A DNA stretch of 64,000 bases from Utricularia gibba (lineage: Eukaryota; Plantae; Magnoliophyta), in the NCBI GenBank assembly GCA_002189035.1, contig NEEC01000007.1, positions 2,170,001 through 2,234,000 of the forward strand, written 5' to 3'. The notes beneath the pieces are model-generated. The model made no database searches and had not been told where the DNA came from. It worked only from the letters and a program-made list of their open reading frames with translations. Shown one piece after another: positions 39,660 to 50,910 of this stretch (position 1 is the first letter of the stretch; every line of letters begins with the position of its first letter). The translations under genes were made by a program, and so were the position numbers.

Positions 39660-40360
39660 AGGTAGACCCAACTAATAATTGGAATGCTTTATTTATGGGT
39701 TGAGTCACAATGGGGTATGGGAGCCCACGGGTCATGACCCAACAACTTGTACCCGGGTAATCTATGGATATGGATTGAGTTAAGGATTGAAACTCATCTA
39801 TGTGTAACTCATCGACTTGTGACCCAGGGCATGACCCGCCTTGTTTGACCCGTGATCCAATGATTTAAGACCCGTGTTCATGTCTAATATCGCACAATTA
39901 TGTCTAGTTACGAGACTTTAGAATCAGTGAAATTCTCTATTCATTGAGCCATATATTGATCAAATATTGAAATACATCGATTATCATAATCATAAATAGT
40001 GGAGCAAGATGAAGTCACATTTTGTTTAGAAGTATCAAAACTATTTGAGAGAGTATCACAATCAAATTGATATTTATAGTTATCATATAAATCTTCAATT
40101 TTTTTCCAAAATTCTTTAATTTTTTTCGTAGTCATTTCCATAAATCAAGGGAAAATAAAACTTCACTATGTTCATTTCATACCTTGGATCAAGAAGGGCA
40201 GATACTCCCAATAATAAATGGTATGCATCCCAATATTTAGAGAACTTCAACATTTAGGTTTGGGTCAAACAACTTGAACCCGAAAAAAATTTAGCACTTC
40301 TTGACTCAATGGTTTGGTTTCGATTCAGGTCCAGTAGACCCGAACCTATTGGCATCTCTA
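39660..40360 (-). mobile_element. Degenerate non-autonomous hAT element carrying a transposase remnant
   Basis: The minus strand from 40253 reads MLKFSKYWDAYHLLLGVSALLDPRYEMNIVKFYFPLIYG (the hAT 'KF.KYW...LDPRY' region), then after a frameshift KEFWKKIEDLYDNY and a broken KS(E)LD. The right end TTGGCATCTCTA resembles a TAGRGATGGCAA-type TIR, with GACCC/GGGT subterminal repeats at both ends. The left end and TSD are not resolved. Confidence 0.72.
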
Positions 40361-40635
40361 ATTGATCGTGTAGAAAAAGAGAGAAGTGATTGACTACAAT
40401 GACTGTTCCACATAAGAGTTTATAAAATAAAAATAAAAATAATTATTGCTACAAATGAAAGACCCTTTTTTGAGTTGAAAATATATAATACCAAAAAAAA
40501 ATTAACAAAAAATATGATAATCTAATTGATCCTTTCGGATTTTTTATTCTAACTATCTTAAAGAAGGCATTTAGCCACTCTTCTACATCACTCCAATGGT
40601 GGTTCTAATTATCTAGTGCATGTATGTGTTTTTAT

Positions 40636-42152
40636 TCAACATGGTTGTCCAGGGGTGCAGCTCAGTGCTCCGGCGTACTTGGCCATCTCTACGGCAAACT
40701 CTCCAGATTTTGGGGGCACCATTTCACTTGCTCCCAGAGCGAACCTGTAATTCGCATCTCCGGATTCTACGAAAAATGCTCCGTTTTCAAAGACATCGTC
40801 CTGGGATTTCCACACCCATTTCTTCCACTCGCTCTCCGGCGTGTAATCCCTCCTCGTCACCTGCATGTGTATATTTGTTTGTAAAAAAAAGAAAAAAGGA
40901 GTGGGAAATGGGGAGTGTGATACCTCCTTGGTGTTGTTGTTGTCTGGGGCAACGTAGTGATTTCCCTGACTCAAAATGGTGGGGTGGCATGTTCCGGCGA
41001 TGGCGAACATCTCCCATTTCGTGTAGTCGTTGTTGACGACATGAGCGAATCCGAATCGCACTCGAGGCATTCTTTGAACCAGATGAGGTCCGAAATGGTT
41101 GAAGGCTAAGGTCACCTGCATGAGGCTGTCTTCTGGGCTCATTTCACTTGCCCCGAACAGCATCACCTACCACACCATTCAAAGCGACGAGATTAGATGA
41201 GATGGATGTCCACAAAATGGGGAAAAAAAATAACATTCCATTTACATGGTCGTGCTCCGTGTAGTAGCTGTTGGAGATTGTGATAGCCGTGGAGTGTGAC
41301 ACCGCATCAATCAACCCGTCGGAGCACCTCGCCATCGACAAGTGGTCGATCCAGATGTTGGAGGATCCGATTATGGAAATCCCATCGCCGTCGCTTTTGG
41401 TGCGGAACCCATGGTGGGAAGTGGAGTCCCTAATCATGCCTCCATTTCCAGGTTTGATGTCGTGGATGTGGATACCATGGATGATCACGTTGCTGATGAA
41501 CTGCAGCGTAAACCCTGCGCCATCCGCGATGTGGACATTCGCGCCACGGCCGTCAATCGTCTTGTTTCCCGCCATGATCAACTCCTGGGAGAGCCTGATG
41601 TTCATGTCCTTTTCGAAGATGATCCACAGCGGCTCCGATTGGATGACGGCATGCCTCAGAGTTCCCGGCTTGGGATCCACCAGGCTTCCATCGGACGAAT
41701 CATTCACCACGTAGACGCGGCCTCCCTTCCCACCAGTGGTGTTGTGGCCAAACCCAATAACGCAATCGGCGAGCCTCTCGCGATTCTCAGCCCAATCGCT
41801 CTTGCATCTCCAGCACTTATCAATGGGGTTTGTGGCATTGCATGCCTCTGAACTCAATGCTCTTCGTGAATGATCGAACTGTTTCGTCCTATTCATAACA
41901 AGAAAAGGATAACCATTAGATGGATTCGCTCATGTTTCATGGGGTTCGTAAATCTTACTTATGAACACGGTGGTTGACGAAGCTTGCAACATCGTAAGGG
42001 TTCATCTTGTAGCTCTGGACGGCCTCATTTCTTGATTCCTGTGCCCTCTGCTTCCAGAAAGCCGCATCTTGGACCTGGCTAGCTGCTCCCCTGGACACAA
42101 CATTACATACGAAAACAAAAAGGAAAAACGAAAGAACACTAATCCTACCCAT
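40636..42152 (-). CDS. Pectate lyase (PL1), pollen P56/P59-like, intact, 4 exons
   Basis: Signal peptide, [14 protein letters not shown]-domain, [51 protein letters not shown]. Exons 42152-41959, 41888-41246, 41166-40924, 40860-40636; introns of 70, 79 and 63 nt. Confidence 0.93.
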
Positions 42153-42242
42153 TATTCAAGATGGTTTATTTTATTTATTTTTTGCTTGTAGCTGAATGAT
42201 AGCTTGATCGATGATGTCCAATTCCTGTGTTTAAATAGGTAA

Positions 42243-42381
42243 GAGTTTACTAAAAGTAGTGTTGATGTAGAGAAAACTTCGTGAGTGAACAACGGAGGAT
42301 GCTTCAAGTCATTACATCATGATTCAGCATGATGTAAACTCACGAAGTTTTCTCTACATCAACACTACTTTTAGTAAGCTC
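42243..42381. repeat. Fold-back hairpin with perfect 40-bp arms plus an inner 10-bp stem
   Basis: 42247-42286 is the exact reverse complement of 42338-42377. Inner stem TTACATCATG (42312-42321) / CATGATGTAA (42328-42337), 6-nt loop, 25-nt bulge at 42287-42311. Confidence 0.97.
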
Positions 42382-42395
42382 CAAGGTGTTCCAAA

Positions 42396-43917
42396 ATGGC
42401 GGAATTCTACGCCGGTGTCCTGCTCTCCATACTCACCTCTCTGATTCTCCTCGTCTTTTTCAAGGTCAAGGCGAAGCCTAAAACCATCTCATCGTCTTCT
42501 GCGCTTGTTACAGTGGTAGAGGTCTCCAGGAACGGTGATCGACTGCCGCAGTGGACAATGGAGCTCGTCAAATCGACACCGTCGCTCACCTTTACTCCCC
42601 ACTTACCGATGGGGATGGGGGCCGTCATCACGGCGAACCCCGCGAACGTCCAGCATATGGTCAAGACGAATTTCGACAGCTACGGGAAAGGGGAGATTAT
42701 CAGATCAAGCTTCTATGACCTCCTTGGCGATAGCCTCTTCAACATGGACGGCGATCAGTGGAAGTTCCAACGGCAGCTCGCTAGCCGTGAGTTCAACAGC
42801 AAATCATTGCGCTGGTTCCTTGAGTCCGTCATTAACGTCGAGATCTCCGATCGCCTGCTCCCTATCTTAAGAACGGCTGCTGTCGAAGAAACTGTGCTGG
42901 ACTTCGAAGATGTTATGCAGCGGTTCGCATTCGATAATGTCTGCCAGCTTTCTTTTGGTTATGACCCTGAATACCTTTCGCCATCGCTGCCGGAACAGAA
43001 GTTTGCTGCCGCATGTAACACTGCCGTAAGCATTGTCACCGACAGATTCAAGTACATGCTCCCAATTCTCTGGAAAATCAAAAGATTCCTTGATCTAGGA
43101 TCAGAGAAGGAGCTCAGAATCGCCTTGACGGAAGTTAAGGATATGGCGAGGAAGATAGTTCGTCAGAAGAAGCATGAAGTCGAGGAGAAAGCCGCAAAGA
43201 ATGAGGATCTTCTCTCAAGATTTCTGAGCGCTGGAGTTTCAGATGAAAAGCTATTGATGGATATCGTCATCAGCTTCATTATAGCAGGGCAAGACACCAC
43301 TTCTGCTGCATTGACATGGTTCTTTTGGCTTGTATCACAAAATCCCCATGTTGAAGACAAAATTTTGCGTGAAATCAACCAAAATGGATCAGAAACGACT
43401 TCAGCCGGATACAAGGATGTGAAGCCGCTTGTATATATTCATGCGGCCATTTGTGAGAGCATGAGGCTCTATCCCCAGCGCCTGTAGATACCAAAGAAGC
43501 CTTCCAGGACGACGTTTTGCCCGATGGGACGTTTGTGAAGAAGGGGTGGTTCCTGTCATATAATACATTCGCCATGGGAAGAATTGAGGCAGTCTGGGGC
43601 GACGACTGGAGCAAATTCAAGCCAGAGCGGTGGCTGGAGGAGAGGCGGACGGAAAGCTGTCATTTTTGAACAGGGATCCCTACGCTTACCCTGTCTTCAA
43701 TGCAGGGCCAAGAACATGCCTAGGAAAGGAGATGTCTTTCTTGCAGATGAAGAGTGTGATCTCCGCTGTGCTCCAGGAGTTCAGAGTTGTGCCAGTGGCT
43801 GACGACGGAACGGAGCCGATCTACCTGACACTGGTGACAGCAAAGATGAAAGGAGGTTTTCCGGTGAGAATTGTCGCCAGAGCAGTCGAAGATCAATGCA
43901 CTGAACACAAGTCTTAG
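42396..43917 (+). pseudogene. CYP94A: CYP94A-like P450, copy 2, with two 1-nt deletions as assembled (may be functional if these are errors)
   Basis: GAG is intact at codon 237. One C is missing in TAT CCC CCA (about 43473-43478) and one base is missing at GAG A-G GCG (about 43642) compared with copy 3. The haem motif FNAGPRTCLG is present downstream. Confidence 0.7.
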
Positions 43918-44965
43918 AAGCACGGTAATAGAGAAAAACACCCCAGTTTCTGGGTTCATCACAAACTCAAATCTTGACCCGGGAATGTACGTCCACTGCA
44001 TATGCTTCCATTTCTGACATGTTCTCTTGCTACAAGTATGTAACTCATTAAGCTTAGAATTTTTTTTAAAAGTGTTTTAAATAAATTATGCATTTAAATT
44101 AATACATATATCATACAATTAAACTTGAAAATGCAATGAATATATAGATCTTAGGAGTATATATATTTAGAATAAATAAATAAAAAAGATCACATGAAGA
44201 GTTTTGAAAAAATATGATGAATCAGACTTGTTTTTTTGTTCAATAATTTTTTTAAAAAATAAATACATATTACGTCATGTTACTCTTACATAATATTGTG
44301 TACTTCGAATACTCATCTTTCTGTTTTTCTCATTTTTGATCAGTAATGTGTCTCAAGTGATCATATATCTTGAAATTATCTCGAACTAAACACACTTAAT
44401 TTTAAATTTATATTGAAGATACTCTATCATGCTCAGTAAAAGATTTTATATAAAATTTGTGTGATTATTCTATTTAATCTTATTTTCTCAATCATATGTA
44501 ATTGATATGAAATTTGCTTAAAATACTTACGTCCTTTTTGTGATGAGCCATCATACTATATATATAATTGCAAATATTTTAAAAAACATTTATGCTATAT
44601 AATTTTATAAAATATATAATTTATAAGTTATCTGTTCATATCAACTTAGTTCTATATAAACCCTAATTACACGTGTATTGAATACTTAGTTCTCAATATG
44701 CACATGTTTGAAAGCATAAACAAAGTTATTCGAATACAGATGGATGTACTAATCTATCTTGTAAATCATATTACGATCCTTGAAACACATTCTATTTCAA
44801 TCTTTTTTGAAACATCATTTTTATGAGTTGGAGTACGGAATCTAAGGTCTAAAGGGCAGCAGTGTAGCTCTAGAGACTAAAACTTCCCTGATTCTGGGTA
44901 CCATTTTATTTAACTTAAAGGAATCCAATATTCTCCTAAAATGTTTTTTTAAAAAAATACATCTC

Positions 44966-46590
44966 GAAATGGAGGCATGATTAGGGACTCCACTTAAATG
45001 GAATGTTTGTTATTTGTTTTCCCATTTTGTTGGCATCCATCTAATCTCTTGGCTTTGAATGGTGTGGTAGGTGATGTTGTTCGGGGCAAATGAAATGAGC
45101 TTAGAAGACAGCCTCACGCAAGTGACCTTAACCTTCAACCATTTCGAACCCTATCTAGTTCAAAGAATGCATCGAGCACAATTTGGATTCGCTCATATCG
45201 TCAACAACTTTTAGAATACATAATCTCACATCGAAAAATAAAAGTAGAATAGTTAAGTATATAAAAAATTATAGATCATTAATAATTGATTGAACCTAAT
45301 CTTTTCTATTGTAATTTACGTTTCTTGTGTACTTGGACTTTATGTGCACGTTCGCCCGATCCATCGAATCCTGAATTTCAACAACAATGACCACACAAAA
45401 TGGGAGATGTTTGCCATCGCAGGAACATGCCACTCCACTATTTTGAGTCACGGAAATCACTACGTTGCCCCAGACAACAACAACACCAAGGAGGTATCAT
45501 AGTCTCCATTTCCCACTTCTTTTCTTTTTTTTAATGAACAAATATACATATACACACATGGAGGCGACGAGGAGGGATTACACGCCGGAGTGCCAATGTA
45601 AGAAATGGGTGTGGAAATCCCAGAATGATGTCTTCGAAAACGGAGCATTTTTTGTAGAATCTGGAGATACGAATTATAGGTTCTCTCTAGGAGCAAGTGA
45701 AATGGTGCCTTCAAAATCTGAGGAGTTTTCAGTGGAGATGGCCAGGTACAAAAAAATTATAAAAAAGATCTAACACCAATTATTGGAGATGAAATTCTAA
45801 AACATAATCAACTTTGTATTTTAGTGTTAAATTAAATTTTCACATCATCATTTTGTGTTTATTTTTTTAATATAAATTTACATAAATATAGTATTGTATT
45901 TATTTCTTTTGTATATTATATCAGAATCAACATGTTCAGCGTAATAGTATACATGTGATTTTGAGATTTTAATAGATATGTTTTCGTGACTTTGAGATTT
46001 TAATTCAAATAATATTGCTCATGAAACTATTTTGCATTTAATTGGTTATATTTTAACTTATTGGTTAATATAAATATTATAATATAATTGTATTGTAATA
46101 TATTATATCTAAATTTTTTAATATCAAGTATGCTTAAATGTATTTTTTTTTCAAGAAGGGCATATTTTTGTGAATATATAACCAAAAAATAAATAAAAAA
46201 TGATAATGTAAAAATTTAGTTTAACTTTAAAGTATTAAGTTGATCATGTTTTGTAATTCTATCTCCAATACTTGATGAGAGAAGTAATTTAACTGGCCAG
46301 GTATGCGTGTTGAATAAAAATAGATACATGTATTGCCTAATTAGAACCACCATTGGAGTATTGTAGAAGAGTGGCTAAATGCCTTCTTCAATATAGTTAG
46401 AATAAAATCAGAAAGGATTATCATATTTTTTGATTTTATTATTATTTTGTATTTTCAACTCAAAAAATGAGCTTTCATTTGTAGCAATAATTAATTTTTT
46501 TTTATTTTACATAATTGATTTTTTTAATTTATAAACTCTTTTGTTGGAAAGTCATTGTAGATTATCATTTCACTCTTTTTCTACACAACC
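44966..46590 (+). pseudogene. Truncated, decayed pectate lyase copy with its 3' flank
   Basis: 29 nt of exon 2 (GAAATGGAGGCATGATTAGGGACTCCACT), a deletion into intron 2, then exons 3-4 with substitutions and two insertions. The 3' flank matches the reverse complement of about 40365-40640. Confidence 0.88.
45749..46293. mobile_element. 545-bp AT-rich insertion with a 10-bp target-site duplication and no visible TIR
   Basis: Flanked by TGGCCAGGTA at 45739-45748 and 46294-46303. The paralogous site at about 48651 has a single copy and no insert. Confidence 0.7.
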
Positions 46591-47045
46591 AATCACCATC
46601 CGTGTGGCCCAGTCATGGATAGATGCCTCAAATATTAAACATAGATTTGAAAAAATAATTCCAATTAACATATTATACAAAATTACGTGAAAAAATAAAA
46701 ATATATAATATAATAAACATTTGAATTTTATATTTTTATAAACATTCTAAATATTTTTTAAGAAAATTTAAAATGTTTTTTTAAATTAAAAAACTTAATT
46801 TTTATTCTATTAAAAATAATTTTCTATTACATTCTTGTCCTATTCCCGTACGCTCGGAAGGCGACGGTTGAAAATTGATTTTTAATAAATAAGAATACAA
46901 ATTCAATCCAATTACGCATCATCTAAAGTTAATTACTGTAATTAGATTAATTTTTGAGATAATTAAATTATTGTGCGATAATCGGTCTTCTTCCAGATAA
47001 CATCCACGCTATCTGTGAACGAGGGGAGCTCCAAGGTATTCCAAA

Positions 47046-48569
47046 ATGGCGGAATTCTACGCCGGTGTCCTGCTCTGCGTACTCACCACTCTGATTCTCC
47101 TCGTCTTTTTCAAAGTCAAGGCCAAGCCGAAGACCATCTCTTCGTCTTCTGCACTCGTTACAGTGGTAGAGTTCTCCAAGAACGGTGATCGACTGCCGCA
47201 GTGGACAACGGAGCTCGTCAAATCGACGCCGTCGCTCACCTTTACTCTCCACTTACCGATGGGGATGGCGGACGTCGTCACGGCGAACCCCGCGAACGTC
47301 CAACATATGCTCAAGACGAATTTCGACAGCTACGGGAAAGGGGAGATTATGAGATCCGGCTTCTATGACCTCCTCGGCGATGGCATCTTCAACGTGGACG
47401 GCGATATTTGGAAGTTCCAACGGCAGCTCGCTAGCCATGAGTTCAACATAAAATCGTTGCGCTGGTTCCTGGAGTCCGTCGTCAACGTCGAGATCTCCGA
47501 TCGCCTGCTCCCGATCTTGAGAACGGCTGCTGTTGAGGAAACTGTGCTGGACTTCCAAGATGTTATGCAGCGGTTCGCATTCGATAATGTCTGCCAGGTT
47601 TCTTTTGGGTATGACCCTGAATACCTATCGCCATCGCTGCCGGAACAGAAGTTTGCTACCGCGTTTTATACTGCCGTACGCAACATCACCGACAGATTCA
47701 AGTACATCCTCCCAATTCTCTGGAAAATCAAAAGATTCCTTGATCTGGGATCATAGAAGGAGCTCAGAATCGCCTTGTGTGCAGTTAAGGATATGGCGAG
47801 GAACATAGTTCGTCAGAAGAAGCATGAAGTCGAGGAGAAAGCCGCAAAGAATGAGGATCTTCTCTCAAGATTTCTGAGCGCTGGAGTTTCAGATGAAAAG
47901 CTATTGATGGATATCGTCATCAGCTTCATTATAGCAGGGCAAGACACCACTTCTGCTGCATTGACATGGTTCTTTTGGCTTGTATCACAAAATCCACATG
48001 TTGAAGACAAAATTTTGAGGGAAATCAAGCAAAATGGATCAGAAACGACTTCAGCCGGATACAAGGATGTGAAGCAGCTTGTATATACTCACGCGGCCAT
48101 TTGTGAGAGCATGAGGCTCTATCCCCCAGTGCCTGTAGATAGCAGAGAAGCCTTCCAGGACGACGTTTTGCCCGATGGGACGTTTGTGAAGAAGGGGTGG
48201 TTCCTGTCATATAATACATTCGCCATGGGAAGAATTGAGGCAGTCTGGGGCGACGACTGGAGCAAATTCAAGCCAGAGCGGTGGCTGGAGGAGACGGTGG
48301 ACGGAAAGGTGTCATTTTTGAACAGGGATCCCTACACTTACCCTGTGTTCAATGCAGGGCCAAGAGCATGCCTAGGAAAGGAGATGTCTTTCTTGCAGAT
48401 GAAGAGTGTGATCTCCGCTGTGCTCCAGGAGTTCAGAGTTGTGCCAGTGGCTGACGACGGAACGGAGCCGATCTTCATTACACAGGTGACAGCAAAGATG
48501 AAAGGGGGTTTCCCGGTGAGGATTGTCGCCAGGGCAGTGCAAGATCAAGGCACTAAACACAAGTCTTAG
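47046..48569 (+). pseudogene. CYP94A: CYP94A-like P450, copy 3, with an in-frame TAG at codon 237
   Basis: Otherwise open frame with AGQDTT, ESMR, PERW and FNAGPRACLG. TAG at 47754-47756 is the same lesion as in copy 1. Confidence 0.88.
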
Positions 48570-48574
48570 AAGCA

Positions 48575-48745
48575 CGGAGATGCGAATTACAGGTTCCCTC
48601 TGGTAGCAAGTGAAATGGTGCCTCCAGAATCCAAGGAGTTTGCGGTGGAGATGGCCAGGTACGCGACAATCCTGTTAAATAAAAACAGATACATGTTCTA
48701 GGTAATTAGAACCACCATTGGAGTAGTGTAGAAGAGTGGCTGCTA
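48575..48745 (+). pseudogene. Pectate lyase last-exon tail and 3' flank fused directly behind CYP94A copy 3
   Basis: CGGAGATGCGAATTACAGGTT...GAGATGGCCAGGTACGC matches pectate lyase exon 4. It is followed by AATTAGAACCACCATTGGAGT...GAAGAGTGGCT from the pectate lyase 3' flank. Confidence 0.88.
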
Positions 48746-49560
48746 CATGCCCTTAAGTTTAACAGGAATAAAATGATTGTTTCTTAATACTTTCCTTTCT
48801 CTCTCATACTAAAAATGTCACACATATATGAAATTATACAAGATTTCTAAATCATCGATGTAAACTGAGACCCTAAGAGGTGATTTAGCACATTGACTAT
48901 TATGTGATACATGCATAAAAAAAGTGACTAATTAAATATTAGTTTTTTACATTATTATATGAAAAGGAAACCAAGGATCAAAATGATCCGATCATCACGC
49001 TGGTGACCTCATTCTTATAAAAAAATAACCATAAAACGAGAAATATGCTGTGTATTGATGGGACTTTATGATTAAAATTCTCTAAATAATTAAATTAATA
49101 AAACGAGCCTTTCTTCACATAATATTGATTATTTAAGAATAATAAAATAAAAAATAAAACAATTTAAGTGACGTCAAAATGAAATGAACTAAAAGGAAAG
49201 TCCAGAATCTAAATCTTACCAATTCAAGCTTTGCTCTAGAAAAATATCCTTTAAGTTCACATTTGGTTGAAATGAAAGTAATGAACGGATTTAGTTTTAT
49301 AAAAAATTAGGTATGAATTTAATTAAAAGAAAAAAAAATTGTACTCACCTCTCTTATATGAGGAAAATCTTATATTTTTGTTGTTTTAAGGAGTTTAATA
49401 AAAACTTTGTACCAAACAAATAAAATATATATTTCTATCCATTCAAATTTGTCAAAATCAATCAATCAAATATGGGCCCAAGCATGGTTTGGTTAGTAGG
49501 TTTAAGAACCAAATGTCAAAATTTCATTATATAGTGAGTATACATAGTCATTTCAATTTT

Positions 49561-50910
49561 TGTGATAACTATATTTTCTTAAATCTTTATATTAAAATTT
49601 GATTTGCGGTTAATTGTCATTTTCTCATTATTTCGTAGGTTGTTTATTATGTTTAAATGTAATTAGAATTATCTAATTAGGAATCTATAAATTATAATAT
49701 GAAATTTAGGTTTTTATCTAGTTTAGAATAATTATCTGTAATTTTGTATTTTATCTAATAATTTTGTTAGTTTTATTTAAGTTTATCTAGAGTCGCACAC
49801 GTGACATGAAGTGAGAAAACGAGGGTAGCAGATGACGACAAAATGGATATTCTTGAGTTGATATCTACTTGATTTCCAGAAGTCTGCAGACGTCTAATCA
49901 TGAGTGTTGACGTGCGGAACACGAGAGTCTCTAACAGACAACATCATTAGTGCACCAGTGTCAGAGCATACGTTTGCTTGCAAGTCACCCCAAGTCAGTA
50001 GAACCACAGGAACACGAAAACTCAGCCAAAATGGTTCAGCTTAGTTTAGTTCGGACAAGTTGAGAATCAATAGTTAGTTTAGTTTAGTTTTTTGTTTCTC
50101 TCTCTAGAGGATTTTCCTCTATCTTATCTCTAGAATCTTGTTTTTGTTTTCTTTAGTATGTATGACCGTTCGCAGATATGGGTTAGAATACTCTCATATC
50201 TATGTTTTGTTAGTTTATCTTTATCTCTTTTTTGAATCCGAACGGATTTTGTATGTTTTCGCACCACTATGTTACAGTCTTTCTGTAACAATCCTCAATT
50301 CAAAATCCATGGTTAGCTGATCACTACCCGTGAATTTTGGAGAGGAGCAAGGTGGAAAGCACCAATTCACACCCTTTTGATAAGAGGAAGACAACAGTTG
50401 GTCTGTGATCGTACCTCAGGATCAATGAACAGGTAGTGACCTCTTACCTGGACTCATTGGGCCATTGACAACACTCGGGCACACTCGCACAATTCGGTCG
50501 TGAGGGTATGTTGGCAGTACCTATTATTCTCACGTTCGTCCAAGGAGGAGCAACATCGGGCTATTCACATGCCTTCTTGTAAGAGAGTGTAAGGGAGAGT
50601 AGACAATTCTTTACTCCTATAATCGAGTACTCGAGAAGACCAGAGAAGAGTAAAGACACAACGAATATAGCTGGATAGGATTCCAAACCTAGGAACATTC
50701 ACTTTATTTAAGGTTCATCGCTTACGTTTATTTATGTTGTTTGTTTAAAACCCTCTTATCCCCTTATTCAAGCTTCATCATCTACGTTTCTCGCACCTTT
50801 TACTTCCAAAACCGTTTACAAATCATGACAATTATATTCGGTGTACCTCACCTTTCACTCGAAAACAACTCACTGTGTTCGGCACATGTACTACGCTTTT
50901 GTGTTTTACA
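49561..50910 (+). mobile_element. Probable degenerate solo LTR (Athila-like)
   Basis: About 1.35 kb, TG...CA. AT-rich start TGTGATAACTATATTTT, TAGTT-rich segments, a GC-richer core, and end GTGTTTTACA. Flanks ATTTT and AGTTT match at 4 of 5 positions. No coding remnant. Family assignment is by recalled appearance only. Confidence 0.5.

Noticed and set aside
38553-47808. Split two-polypeptide P450 or programmed read-through at the TAG in CYP1 and CYP3
   Set aside because: The context TAG AAG GAG does not match the TAG CAR YYA read-through motif, and the break falls mid-fold. A simple nonsense mutation relative to CYP2's GAG explains it.
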